Of a DNA stretch of 64,000 bases, positions 8,563-18,432 are shown one piece after another (position 1 is the stretch's first letter; every line of letters begins with the position of its first letter). This stretch comes from Deltaproteobacteria bacterium. Its GTDB lineage: Bacteria > Desulfobacterota > Syntrophia > Syntrophales > JAFGHS01. Position numbers and translations under genes: made by a program. Below the pieces are notes generated by a model that was not told the origin of the DNA, did not search any database, and saw only the letters and a list, made by a program, of their open reading frames with translations. The DNA lies in assembly GCA_016930075.1 (NCBI GenBank), contig JAFGHS010000050.1, positions 32,872-96,871 on the forward strand, written 5' to 3'.

Positions 8563-10563
8563 ATGAACGGCACAGCGGCGAAATGGTTAAAATTTAGGAT
8601 TGTCACCCTCCTGGTGTTTTTTCTGGTTCTCTATATTGCCCTCGTTTCAAGGGCACTGCATCTCCAGGTCCTTTCCAACGAAACGCTGAAGAACCTTGCG
8701 GACCGGCAACATGTGCAAACATTGCAGGTTTCCTCGGAGCGGGGCGTGATATTTGACCGCAACGGGGAAAAAATGGCGGCAAGCGTCATGGCGGACTCCG
8801 TGTGCGCCGATCCGACAAAAATCCGCCGTCCTGCCGATGCGGCCGGGAAATTATCGGGGATTCTGAATCTCGACAAGGGCGTCATCCATAAAAAACTTTC
8901 TGCCAATAAAAGTTTCTGCTGGCTTGCCAGAAGAATTTCGCCGGATCAGGCCGCCGGCATCACTGATCTTAAAATAGCCGGCATCTTTGTCGTCAAGGAA
9001 CCGAAACGGTTTTATCCCAACCGTGAATTGGCAGGCCGTCTCATCGGTTTTGTCGGCATGGATTCCACGGGGCTGGAAGGTTTGGAACTCAAGTATGAAG
9101 ATTATCTGAAAGGGGCGCCGGATAAACTGATCTGGACAAGGGATGCCAAAGGGAAAAAGTTATATCCCCGGTTGGAAGATTCGGCAGTCCATAAGCGGGA
9201 CAATTATAATCTCATTTTAACCATTGACAGCCGCATACAGCATGTTGTCGAGGTGAACCTGCGGGAAGCGATCAGGGACAAAGGCGCCAAGGGCGGGTTT
9301 GCCGTCGTCATGGATCCCAAAACCGGCGAAATATTGGCCCTGGCCGATGAGCCGGGTTTTGATCCCAATAATTTTGCTAGTTACGCCAACGGGAAAAGCA
9401 AAATTAAACCTATTACGGACTGCTTTGATCCCGGGTCGACATTCAAGCCGTTTCTGGCCGCTGCCGCACTGGAAGAGAACATTGCCAAGGAGACGACCCG
9501 TTTTTATTGCGAGGATGGAAACTATCGGATTGCCGACCGGGTCATCCGTGAAGCAAATAGGAAAAGACACGGCGCCCTGACTTTTCATGACATCCTCAAA
9601 TACTCGAGCAACATCGGTTCGGTGAAAATCTTTGAAAAACTCGGGAAGGAAAAATTTTATCATTACATTACCCGGTTTGGCTTCGGTCAGAAGACGGGCA
9701 TCGATCTGCCCGGCGAGTCGTCAGGGCTTCTCCGGCCGCATGAGAAGTGGACAAGGGTCGACGGTTCGACGATTGCCTTCGGGCAGGGTATATCCGTTAC
9801 GGCGATTCAGTTGATTACCGCTTTATCGGCCATTGCCAATGAGGGTATGTTGATGAAGCCCTATATTGTCAGAGGTCTTGTCGATAAAAACGGGAAAGTC
9901 CTCCAACTGATGAAGCCTACTCCGGTCAGGCAGGTGATTTCCGCCAAAACGGCAAAGAGGATGGCGTCTATTCTGACCGATGTCGTCGGCGAGGAAGATG
10001 GGACGGGTAAAAAAGCGCGCATCGACCATGTTGCCGTTGCCGGCAAGACGGGTACATCCCAGAAATTCGATTTCAGCCGCCGCGTCTATTCATCGGAAAG
10101 AGTCCGGACGTCTTTCATGGGCTTCTTTCCTGCCGATAATCCGCAGATCGTCATGCTGATCACCCTCGATGAGCCGCTGCGTGACAAGTGGGGAGGCATG
10201 GCGGCAGCGCCGGTTTTTAAAAATATCGGCGAACAGATACTGACCCGTTTTAAGACCGACATTCGAGGCAATTCCCCGTCCGTCATTGAGGAAGAAAAGA
10301 TCGCCCCCAACCCTGCAGGCATAAGGCTCGTATCGGCTAATTCCATTATTAATGATTCCGATGCCGATGCGGGTGGGAGCGGAGAACCGGTTATGCCCAA
10401 TTTCCGGGGGCTGACGATCCGGGAGACCTTAAAAAAATCACGGCAAATGGGCATTGAGATTAAGGCCGTCGGCAGCGGCTGGGCGGTGAGTCAAAGCCCG
10501 GAGCCCGGCGTATTGCTGAGGGATCACAAGATATGCACCGTATCATTCCATACAGGTCAGTGA
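8563..10563 (+). CDS. ftsI: Peptidoglycan D,D-transpeptidase FtsI (class B PBP) with a C-terminal PASTA domain
   Basis: 666 aa with an N-terminal TM anchor, a PBP dimerisation region, and the transpeptidase motifs STFK, SSN and KTGT. The last ~57 aa have a PASTA-like pattern. Confidence 0.9.
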   Translation: MNGTAAKWLKFRIVTLLVFFLVLYIALVSRALHLQVLSNETLKNLADRQHVQTLQVSSERGVIFDRNGEKMAASVMADSVCADPTKIRRPADAAGKLSGILNLDKGVIHKKLSANKSFCWLARRISPDQAAGITDLKIAGIFVVKEPKRFYPNRELAGRLIGFVGMDSTGLEGLELKYEDYLKGAPDKLIWTRDAKGKKLYPRLEDSAVHKRDNYNLILTIDSRIQHVVEVNLREAIRDKGAKGGFAVVMDPKTGEILALADEPGFDPNNFASYANGKSKIKPITDCFDPGSTFKPFLAAAALEENIAKETTRFYCEDGNYRIADRVIREANRKRHGALTFHDILKYSSNIGSVKIFEKLGKEKFYHYITRFGFGQKTGIDLPGESSGLLRPHEKWTRVDGSTIAFGQGISVTAIQLITALSAIANEGMLMKPYIVRGLVDKNGKVLQLMKPTPVRQVISAKTAKRMASILTDVVGEEDGTGKKARIDHVAVAGKTGTSQKFDFSRRVYSSERVRTSFMGFFPADNPQIVMLITLDEPLRDKWGGMAAAPVFKNIGEQILTRFKTDIRGNSPSVIEEEKIAPNPAGIRLVSANSIINDSDADAGGSGEPVMPNFRGLTIRETLKKSRQMGIEIKAVGSGWAVSQSPEPGVLLRDHKICTVSFHTGQ

Positions 10564-10572
10564 TGATAAAAA

Positions 10573-12113
10573 ATGAGAATAGATGAATTGTTGAATAACT
10601 GCCCCGTGCTTCATGTGACAGGAGACCCTGCCGTCGATATATCGTCCATTGCTTACGATTCGCGAAACTGTACGAAAAGTTCCTTGTTTGTGGCGGTGCA
10701 GGGATTAAAGACGGACGGGCACGAATATATCGACCAGGCAGCAGCCAGAGGCGCCATTGCCGTCGTTTACGAAAGAGACCTGCCCCTGCTGCCTGCAGGA
10801 ATGACGGCTATCCGGGTGGAAAACTCCCGCCGCGCCCTCGGCATCCTTGGCCGAAACTATTACCACGACCCTTCTTCTCAGCTGTTTCTGGTCGGTGTGA
10901 CCGGTACGAAAGGGAAAACGACGGTTACCTATTTACTGGAATCGATTTTCCAGAAGGCCGGTTTATCCGCCGGTGTTTTAGGGACGGTGAATTATCGGTT
11001 TGGCGGCAAGATCATGCCGGCGTCCAACACAACGCCGGAATCCATCGAGATGCAGAAGATGCTGAGGCTGATGGTTGATGAAGGGGTGACCCACGTTGTT
11101 GCCGAAGTATCCTCCCATGCCGTCGATCTTAGGAGGATCGACGATTGTGCCTTCGACATCGGCGTATTTACAAACCTGGCGCAGGACCATCTCGATTACC
11201 ATCTGACGCTGGAGAATTACTACCAGGTCAAAAGGCGGTTTTTTACGGAAGTGATTCCTGAAGGCGGAAAGAAACAGCAGCCGCAGAGGATTATTAATGC
11301 AGACGATGCCTGGGGCAAAAGACTCATTGACGAACTCGATTCCGGATCGCTGACTTACGGCATAGATAGTCCCTGCCATGTCCGGGCGGAAAAATATGAT
11401 CTGGCTATTGATGCGATCCGTGCGGATATTGCGAGTCCGTGGGGCGGCCTCCATGTCATGTCCGGATTGACGGGGAAATTTAATCTTTACAACATCCTGG
11501 CTGCTGTAGCCTCTGCCCTATCCTTTGGTATTGAGCCGGAGGCGGTTCAAGAGGGTGTAAAAGCCCTGTCCTCGGTTCCCGGACGTCTGGAGAAAGTGAA
11601 GACAGGTATCGATGCCGAACCGATGGTGTTTGTCGATTATGCCCACACGGAAGATGCCCTGCGCAAGGTTCTGGAGAGTCTCCGTCATTTTAAGGAGGGG
11701 AAAATCATCACGGTGTTCGGATGCGGCGGAGACCGGGACCGCGGGAAAGGCCCCTCATGGGTGCCGCCGTCGCGGAATTAAGCGATATGGCCATTGTCAC
11801 ATCCGATAATCCGAGAACGGAGGACCCGCTGGCGATTATTGATGCGATCGAAAAAGGGATTTCCGGAACCGTCATGGCCAGGGTGCTTCCGGTTGATTTT
11901 AAGTTGAATCAATCAAAAGTGTATACGGTCATACCGGATCGCAAAACGGCTATTGAGGCGGCCATCGCCGTTGCCGATCCTTCAGACATCGTGCTTATTG
12001 CCGGGAAGGGCCATGAGGACTATCAGATCATCGGTTCCGTGCGCTTTCCTTTTGACGACCGGATGATCGCGAAAGAAGCGCTTACAGAGCAGTTTCACAA
12101 GGGGAAATTATGA
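10573..12113 (+). pseudogene. murE: UDP-N-acetylmuramoyl-L-alanyl-D-glutamate--2,6-diaminopimelate ligase MurE, split by an apparent 1-nt deletion at about 11746-11749
   Basis: ORF 10573-11781 (frame 1) ends ...FGCGGDRDRGK-GPSWVPPSRN*. ORF 11721-12113 (frame 3) carries ...RPLMGAAVAELSDMAIVTSDNPRTEDP. Adding one A to the GGGAAAGG run restores the conserved GKRPLMG junction. The DNPR motif indicates meso-DAP specificity. Confidence 0.85.
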
Positions 12114-13555
12114 TGTCCTGCGACAATGCGCCCATTTTTACGTGCGGGGAGATTATCAAGGCCACAGGGGGCGTATTGTTGAACGGCGATTTGGATCGGC
12201 AATTTCGCGGTGTTTCAACGGATTCCCGGCAAACGGAGCAGGGTAATCTGTTTATTGCCCTGAAAGGCGATGCCTTTGACGGCCATGATTTTCTGGATGC
12301 CGCCATTTTAAGCGGTGCTGCCGGTTTGGTCATCGAAACGGCCAGCCAGGGCAGGCTGAAGAAGAAAGCCCTCAAGCGTATTGCCGTGATCAGCGTTGCG
12401 GATACCCTCGGAGCCCTGGGAGCCATCGCCCATTTCCGGCGCAAGGCATTCGATATTCCCGTTATCGGCATTACGGGCAGTGCAGGAAAGACAACGACGA
12501 AAGAGATGACGGCGGCTATTTTTGCCCTGACGAAAAAATGCCTTAAGACAGAAGGCAATTTCAACAACCTCATCGGTCTGCCCCTGACGCTTCTCAACTT
12601 GAACAAAGAGCATGAAATAGCCGTCATCGAGATGGGAACGAACTTCCCCGGCGAAATCGGCCGCCTGACACGCATCGCCGAACCTACCATTGGGCTTATT
12701 ACCAACGTTGGTCCCGCGCATCTCGAAGGACTGAAAACCATCGATTGCGTCCGGGAGGAGAAAGGCGACCTTTTCCGGTACATGGCCAAAGACGGCATTG
12801 CCGTTGTCAATCTCGATGATGAGAATACAAAAAAACTGGGTAACGCCCGACGGGGAAGAAAAGTGACCTTCGGCCTTCAGCCGGCGGCCGATGTGGAAGC
12901 CGTCAATATCAGGAAGCTCGGCATGCGTGGCTGCCGTTTTGATCTTCGGTTAGGCGAGATGAGGCAGGAGGTTCAATTAGCGCAGACCGGCGAACATCAT
13001 ATTTACAATGCCCTGGCGGCAGCGGCGGCGACGTGGACTCTGGGGACGGAGCCGTCCCTGATTTCCCGGGGCCTGTCGGCGGCAAAGCCTCTGTCGGGGC
13101 GAATGGAGATACATCCCCTGGGGAACGGAAGTTTCGTTATTAACGATGCCTATAACGCCAATCCCCTGTCTGTTCGCGCAGCCGTTAAAACCCTGGGCGA
13201 TCTGATGAGCGGCGGAGATGCCGTCGTTATCCTGGCGGACATGCTTGAGCTGGGCGAGTATGCGGTTGAGTTTCACGAAGAAATTGGCTCTATAATCGCC
13301 GCCCGGCATCCCGCCGCCCTGTTTCTTAAAGGCGACTATGCCAGCTATACCGCTCGCGGCGCCTGCAAGGGCGGATTGTCGAAAAAGAAGATTTTCCTTT
13401 ATGGAGAATCCAATGAAGTGTTGGCTTATCTCAAAAAGAATTTGAAAAAAGGACAATGGATTCTGGTGAAGGGTTCAAGGAGAATGAGGATGGATGAACT
13501 CGTCCGTCAAATCAAGGAGGCCTTTGGCGCCGATCCCTCGTTGATAAAGGATTAG
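12110..13555 (+). CDS. murF: UDP-N-acetylmuramoyl-tripeptide--D-alanyl-D-alanine ligase MurF
   Basis: 481 aa with the Mur ligase P-loop [17 protein letters not shown]-type overlap with the murE stop. Confidence 0.9.
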   Translation: MMSCDNAPIFTCGEIIKATGGVLLNGDLDRQFRGVSTDSRQTEQGNLFIALKGDAFDGHDFLDAAILSGAAGLVIETASQGRLKKKALKRIAVISVADTLGALGAIAHFRRKAFDIPVIGITGSAGKTTTKEMTAAIFALTKKCLKTEGNFNNLIGLPLTLLNLNKEHEIAVIEMGTNFPGEIGRLTRIAEPTIGLITNVGPAHLEGLKTIDCVREEKGDLFRYMAKDGIAVVNLDDENTKKLGNARRGRKVTFGLQPAADVEAVNIRKLGMRGCRFDLRLGEMRQEVQLAQTGEHHIYNALAAAAATWTLGTEPSLISRGLSAAKPLSGRMEIHPLGNGSFVINDAYNANPLSVRAAVKTLGDLMSGGDAVVILADMLELGEYAVEFHEEIGSIIAARHPAALFLKGDYASYTARGACKGGLSKKKIFLYGESNEVLAYLKKNLKKGQWILVKGSRRMRMDELVRQIKEAFGADPSLIKD

Positions 13556-13557
13556 CT

Positions 13558-14637
13558 ATGATTTACCATTTATTGTATCCCCTTCATACAACCTTTTCAT
13601 CCTTCAACGTTTTTCGTTATATTACGTTTCGGACGATTTATGCCGCCATTACGGCCCTCGTCATCTGTTTTATCTTCGGCCCCTGGCTGATCAGGAAACT
13701 CCAGTCGCTCTCGATTTCTCAAACGATCCGTGATGACGGCCCCGATTCCCACCAGGCCAAGAAAGGGACGCCCACGATGGGGGGCATTCTCATCATCTTT
13801 GCCGTTTGCATTTCCACATTTCTGTGGGCAAATCTCAGGGTTGACTATATCTGGCTTACGCTGCTTGTTTTGGTCGGTTTTGGTTTGATCGGTTTTGCCG
13901 ACGACTTCAGAAAGCTCACAAAACAAAACAGCAAGGGCATTCCGGGAAAGGTGAGACTTTTCGGGGAAATCTTGATTGCCCTTTTCGTCAGTGCGATTCT
14001 TTATGTCAAGCCGGGATTTACCACAAATCTGACGATTCCATTTTTCAAGACGGTGCTTCCCAATATCGGGTGTTGGTATATCGTGCTTTCTGTTTTTATC
14101 ATCGTCGGAACGGCCAATGCCGTCAATCTGACGGACGGCCTCGACGGTCTGGCCATCGGTCCGGCCATTACCTGTTTCATGACGTATCTCCTGTTCGCCT
14201 ATTTTGCCGGCAATATAAAAATCGCCGGTTATTTGCAGATTCCCTATGTGGCGGGGACGGGGGAACTGGCCGTTTTATGCGGCGCCATGGTCGGTGCGGG
14301 CATCGGTTTCCTCTGGTACAACAGTTATCCGGCGGAGATGTTTATGGGCGATACGGGATCGCTTTCCCTGGGCGGCGCTCTGGGCGCCGTCGCCATCATT
14401 ACAAAGCAGGAAATCCTCCTGGCCATTGTGGGCGGATTGTTTGTCATGGAGACCTTCTCTGTGATTTTCCAGGTGGGCTGGTTTAAGATGTCGAAGGGCC
14501 GGCGGATATTCAGAATGGCGCCCATCCATCACCATTTTGAACTGAAAGGCTGGGCGGAACCCAAAGTCATTGTGCGCTTCTGGATTATTTCATTTTTACT
14601 GGCCCTCGTGGCCGCCAGTACGCTTAAGCTAAGGTAA
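13558..14637 (+). CDS. mraY: Phospho-N-acetylmuramoyl-pentapeptide transferase MraY
   Basis: 359 aa polytopic membrane protein with the MraY motifs [20 protein letters not shown] and PIHHHFE. Confidence 0.95.
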   Translation: MIYHLLYPLHTTFSSFNVFRYITFRTIYAAITALVICFIFGPWLIRKLQSLSISQTIRDDGPDSHQAKKGTPTMGGILIIFAVCISTFLWANLRVDYIWLTLLVLVGFGLIGFADDFRKLTKQNSKGIPGKVRLFGEILIALFVSAILYVKPGFTTNLTIPFFKTVLPNIGCWYIVLSVFIIVGTANAVNLTDGLDGLAIGPAITCFMTYLLFAYFAGNIKIAGYLQIPYVAGTGELAVLCGAMVGAGIGFLWYNSYPAEMFMGDTGSLSLGGALGAVAIITKQEILLAIVGGLFVMETFSVIFQVGWFKMSKGRRIFRMAPIHHHFELKGWAEPKVIVRFWIISFLLALVAASTLKLR

Positions 14638-14644
14638 AAGGTCT

Positions 14645-16006
14645 ATGGTTTTGAAAGGCAAGCGGATATTGGTGATCGGATTGGGAAAGACGGGGCTTTC
14701 AACGGTTCGTTTTCTCATCAGCCGGGGTGCATCCGTTCTGGCAACAGATGAAAAGCCCGTTGCCGAATGGCGTGAAGCCCTGCGTACACTGGAAAGGGGG
14801 GATGCCGACATCGAAGCATGTGCTTACGATACAGACGTTCTTTCCCGGACGGACATGATCATTCCATCTCCCGGCGTGCCGCCGGCAAATCCGATCCTGT
14901 CGGCGGCCGTCGATCGTCACATTCCGGTTTACAGTGAAATAGAACTGGCCAGCCGTTTTTTGACAACGCCCATGATGGCCATTACCGGCACCAACGGTAA
15001 GACGACCACGACGACCCTGATCGGAGAGCTCCTGAAGGCCGCCGGCAAAAAGGTTTTCGTCGGCGGCAATATCGGCAATCCCCTGATAGATTATGTAAAC
15101 GGCAATCAGGATTGCGACTATGCCGTCGTAGAGGTGAGCAGCTTCCAGCTCCAATGGGTTGAGCAGTTTCATCCCGTCTGCGCCATCCTCATGAACGTGA
15201 CGTCCGATCATATCGATTATCACGGTGATTTTGCCGCTTACCGGCAGATCAAAGAGAGGATATTCATGAATCAGACCGCCCATGACCTGGCCGTTCTGAA
15301 CGCCGATGAAGACGGGACGGACGCTGCGCTAAACGCGCGGCTTGCGGCGCGCGTCTGCCGCTTCAGCGCCGCCACAGTATTGGAAAGAGGCGTTTATCTC
15401 GATCATGAAACCATCGTTTACAGGGAGGTAGAGGGTCACGATAACCCGGAGACCTACCCCCTTTCCATGATAAAAATCCCCGGCGTTCACAATATCCACA
15501 ATGTCATGGCCGCCGTGGCTGCGGCAAGGTACTGCGGCTGTTCCCCTTCCGCCATCATCCGGTGCATAGAGAATTTCCGGGGGATTTCCCACCGCATCGA
15601 ATATTCCGGTGAGAAACGGGGAATTGCCTTCTATGACGACTCCAAGGGAACCAATGTCGGCGCCGTTTATGTGGCCGTCGAGTCGTTTTCACGATCTGTC
15701 ATCCTTCTGATGGGTGGGAGGGATAAAGACATCGATTTTTCGGTTCTCATTCCCGTACTCAAAAAGAAAGTAAAGCGGCTGATCCTCTTCGGCGAGGCGA
15801 GGGATAAAATATACCGTGCCATTGGCGACGTTGTTGAGACGGTTCGCGTCGGAACAATGAAAGAAGCCGTTGAAACGGCTTACCGCTGCGGAGTGTCAGG
15901 GGACATTGTCCTCCTGTCGCCCGGTTGTGCGAGTTTCGATGAGTTTAAGGATTACAAGGAAAGGGGACGTTTCTTTAAAGAAGTGGTGGGGGGCCTTGAC
16001 GCATGA
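14645..16006 (+). CDS. murD: UDP-N-acetylmuramoylalanine--D-glutamate ligase MurD
   Basis: 453 aa. An N-terminal Rossmann motif (VIGLGKTG) is followed by GTNGKTTT and the Mur ligase C-domain. Confidence 0.9.
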   Translation: MVLKGKRILVIGLGKTGLSTVRFLISRGASVLATDEKPVAEWREALRTLERGDADIEACAYDTDVLSRTDMIIPSPGVPPANPILSAAVDRHIPVYSEIELASRFLTTPMMAITGTNGKTTTTTLIGELLKAAGKKVFVGGNIGNPLIDYVNGNQDCDYAVVEVSSFQLQWVEQFHPVCAILMNVTSDHIDYHGDFAAYRQIKERIFMNQTAHDLAVLNADEDGTDAALNARLAARVCRFSAATVLERGVYLDHETIVYREVEGHDNPETYPLSMIKIPGVHNIHNVMAAVAAARYCGCSPSAIIRCIENFRGISHRIEYSGEKRGIAFYDDSKGTNVGAVYVAVESFSRSVILLMGGRDKDIDFSVLIPVLKKKVKRLILFGEARDKIYRAIGDVVETVRVGTMKEAVETAYRCGVSGDIVLLSPGCASFDEFKDYKERGRFFKEVVGGLDA

Positions 16007-17184
16007 ATCGCACGCAGAAAGTCCACAAGTCTTTCTGGACGGATCGTATCCGTGAGTTCCGGTTGAAAGTGATTCCGATGAGCAAGCTGCCGGCGCCTGA
16101 TAAACGGCCGGATGTTCTGTTGCTCATTGTCACGCTGATCCTCGTTTCCGTCGGTACGGTCATGATCTACTCTTCAAGCTCCATCATGGCTGCCGCGCGT
16201 TATCATGACGGATATTTATTCCTGAAAAAGCAGCTCATATTCCTTGTCCTCGGTTTGGCCCTCATGGTGTTTTTGACGAAGGTTCCCTACCACTACCTGA
16301 AAAAAGCGGCCTACCCGTTGATCGGCCTGTCGTTCTTACTGCTTGCCGTCATTTTTATTCCCCATTTCGGCGTCCGGGCGGGCGGCGCCAGACGCTGGCT
16401 GAATCTGGGCTTTATCGCCTTCCAGGTCTCGGAGATGGTCAAGGTCGTCATCGTGCTTTTCCTTGCCCATTTTTTAACGAAGAAGATGGCCCATCTGCGT
16501 GATTTTAAAAAGGGCATTGTCGTACCCCTGATCGTAACAGTTTTTCTTGTCGGTCTGATCATCCTGCAGCCGGATTTCGGGACGGCTGCCATTATTGCGT
16601 TTTTGCTGATGTTCATGCTCTACGTATCCGGATGCAGAATCCTCCATCTTTCCGCCATGGTGGCGGCGTTGATTCCCGTGGGCATTTTGTTCGTCCTGCT
16701 GGCGCCCTATCGATTGGCCCGTGTGACGGCCTTTCTCAATCCCTGGAATGATCCTCAGAAAACGGGGTTTCATATTATTCAGTCGCTCCTGTCGTTCGGA
16801 TCGGGTGGCGCCTTCGGAGTAGGGCTCGGCGACGGCATGCAAAAACTCTTTTATCTCCCGGAGCCGCATACGGATTTCATTATCGCCGTTATCGCCGAAG
16901 AGGGGGGATTTATAGGAGTTCTTGCCGTAATTATGCTTTTTGCGGTTTTTATCATCAGAGGCTTTATGATTTCGTTAAAAGCCGCCGATCGCTTCGGTTC
17001 CCTGCTGGCCGCAGGTTTGACCATGATCATCGCCCTGGAGGCCTTTATTAACATTGCCGGCGTGATGGGGCTTGTTCCTCTGAAGGGATTGGCGTTGCCG
17101 TTTTTAAGCTATGGCGGGACGTCGCTCATGATGTCTTTAGTAACGGTCGGGATTCTGTTGAATGTGTCGTCCTATGGAAAGTGA
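16003..17184 (+). CDS. ftsW: Peptidoglycan glycosyltransferase FtsW (SEDS family)
   Basis: 393 aa multi-TM SEDS protein (QPDFGTA, EPHTDFI, LPFLSYGGTS). It overlaps the murD stop by 4 nt; an internal ATG (MSKLPAP...) is an alternative start. Confidence 0.9.
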   Translation: MNRTQKVHKSFWTDRIREFRLKVIPMSKLPAPDKRPDVLLLIVTLILVSVGTVMIYSSSSIMAAARYHDGYLFLKKQLIFLVLGLALMVFLTKVPYHYLKKAAYPLIGLSFLLLAVIFIPHFGVRAGGARRWLNLGFIAFQVSEMVKVVIVLFLAHFLTKKMAHLRDFKKGIVVPLIVTVFLVGLIILQPDFGTAAIIAFLLMFMLYVSGCRILHLSAMVAALIPVGILFVLLAPYRLARVTAFLNPWNDPQKTGFHIIQSLLSFGSGGAFGVGLGDGMQKLFYLPEPHTDFIIAVIAEEGGFIGVLAVIMLFAVFIIRGFMISLKAADRFGSLLAAGLTMIIALEAFINIAGVMGLVPLKGLALPFLSYGGTSLMMSLVTVGILLNVSSYGK

Positions 17185-18280
17185 CGCAGTGATGGGTGAA
17201 TGCAGAATGATCATAGCCGGGGGCGGCACAGGGGGTCATCTTTTCCCGGGCATTGCCGTCGCGGAAGAGTTATTAAAGCGAAATCCGAAAAACGCCGTGC
17301 TGTTTATCGGAACGGAAAGGGGACTGGAAAACAGGATTCTTCGTGAGCTTGGGTACGAGTTGCGATTGCTTGACGTGGAAGGCGTCAAAGGAAGGGGCAT
17401 CATGAAAGCCGCGCAGGCGGTTCTGAAAATACCGAAGAGCATGATGGCGTCCCTCAAAATTATCCGGGACTTCCGGCCCGATATCGTCATGGGCGTCGGC
17501 GGCTACGTGTCGGGGCCCAGTGTGATCACGGCGCACTTCATGGGAATCAAGACGGTCGTTGCCGAGCAGAATGTTATTCCGGGGGTGACCAATCGCATCC
17601 TCGGCAGGTTTGTCGATAAAATATTCATTACCTTTTCCGATACTGAAAAATGGATTTCCGGCAAAAAAGCTTTCATGTCCGGCAACCCGATCCGTGCCGG
17701 TTTTATGGCTGAAAATGGGGCGTCAAAAGAGGACAACGGCCGCTTTAACATCCTCGTATTCGGGGGCTCTCAAGGCGCACGGGCCATCAACAGGGCCTGC
17801 ATGGATGCCCTGGATCATTTGGGGACGATGAAAGATCAACTGAAATTTGTTCATCAGACGGGGAAAGACGATTGCGAAGAGGTTTCAAGAGGATACCGTA
17901 CCCGCGGTTTTGATGCAGTGGTCCTGCCTTTCATTATGGATATGCCTGCGGCATACCGATCGGCCGATTTGCTGATCTGCCGCGCCGGCGCCACATCCAT
18001 TGCCGAGTTGACCGCGTGCGGCAAGGCGTCTGTTTTGATTCCCTTTCCCTATGCGATTCATGACCATCAGACCAAAAACGCCGAGGTTCTGGTCAGGGCG
18101 GGAGCGGCGGAGATGATTCCCGAAACCGAATTAAGCGGCCCGGTGCTGGCGCATATGATCGAAGATTTTAAAGACAACCCCGATGTAATCTGGGCCATGG
18201 AGAAAAAATCCTTTGCCCTGGGCAATAAACGGGCGGCGGCGGATATTGTTGATGAGTGTTTGAGAATGATAAAAAAATAG
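17162..18280 (+). CDS. murG: Lipid II N-acetylglucosaminyltransferase MurG
   Basis: Carries GGGTGGHLFPG and C-terminal GT28 motifs. The start is uncertain: ATGs at 17162, 17174, 17192 and 17207 are all in frame, and family N-termini favour 17192-17207. Confidence 0.9.
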   Translation: MCRPMESDAVMGECRMIIAGGGTGGHLFPGIAVAEELLKRNPKNAVLFIGTERGLENRILRELGYELRLLDVEGVKGRGIMKAAQAVLKIPKSMMASLKIIRDFRPDIVMGVGGYVSGPSVITAHFMGIKTVVAEQNVIPGVTNRILGRFVDKIFITFSDTEKWISGKKAFMSGNPIRAGFMAENGASKEDNGRFNILVFGGSQGARAINRACMDALDHLGTMKDQLKFVHQTGKDDCEEVSRGYRTRGFDAVVLPFIMDMPAAYRSADLLICRAGATSIAELTACGKASVLIPFPYAIHDHQTKNAEVLVRAGAAEMIPETELSGPVLAHMIEDFKDNPDVIWAMEKKSFALGNKRAAADIVDECLRMIKK

Positions 18281-18296
18281 CATCGGCGGATTCAAA

Positions 18297-18380
18297 GCGT
18301 GTAGCGTAACTCGTGAAGCGTGAAGCATGACGACATGACGAGCAGGATACGAGACGCGAGCGACGAACGACGCATCAACG
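18297..18380. repeat. Dispersed repeat family E (GTGAAGCG iterations ... GAGCGACG-ACGAACGACG), copy 1
   Basis: GCGTAACTCGTGAAGCGTGAAGC ... GACGCGAGCGACGAACGACGCAT fills the murG-murC spacer. A related copy lies at 60691-60808 (GCGTATCTCGTGAAGCGGGAAGCGTGAAGCG ... GACGAGCGACGCACCACGAACGACGGAT). Confidence 0.6.
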
Positions 18381-18432
18381 GACCGGAGGGATATAACAAA
18401 CGGTGGAAGAAAGCAGAAGAAATACGGACGTC

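Noticed and set aside
11740-11755. Programmed -1 ribosomal frameshift or transcriptional slippage in murE
   Set aside because: The zero-frame codons GGG-AAA-G do not form the canonical X_XXY_YYZ pattern. The A run is only 3 nt, too short for efficient transcriptional slippage, and I see no convincing downstream stem-loop or pseudoknot. A sequencing indel is more parsimonious.
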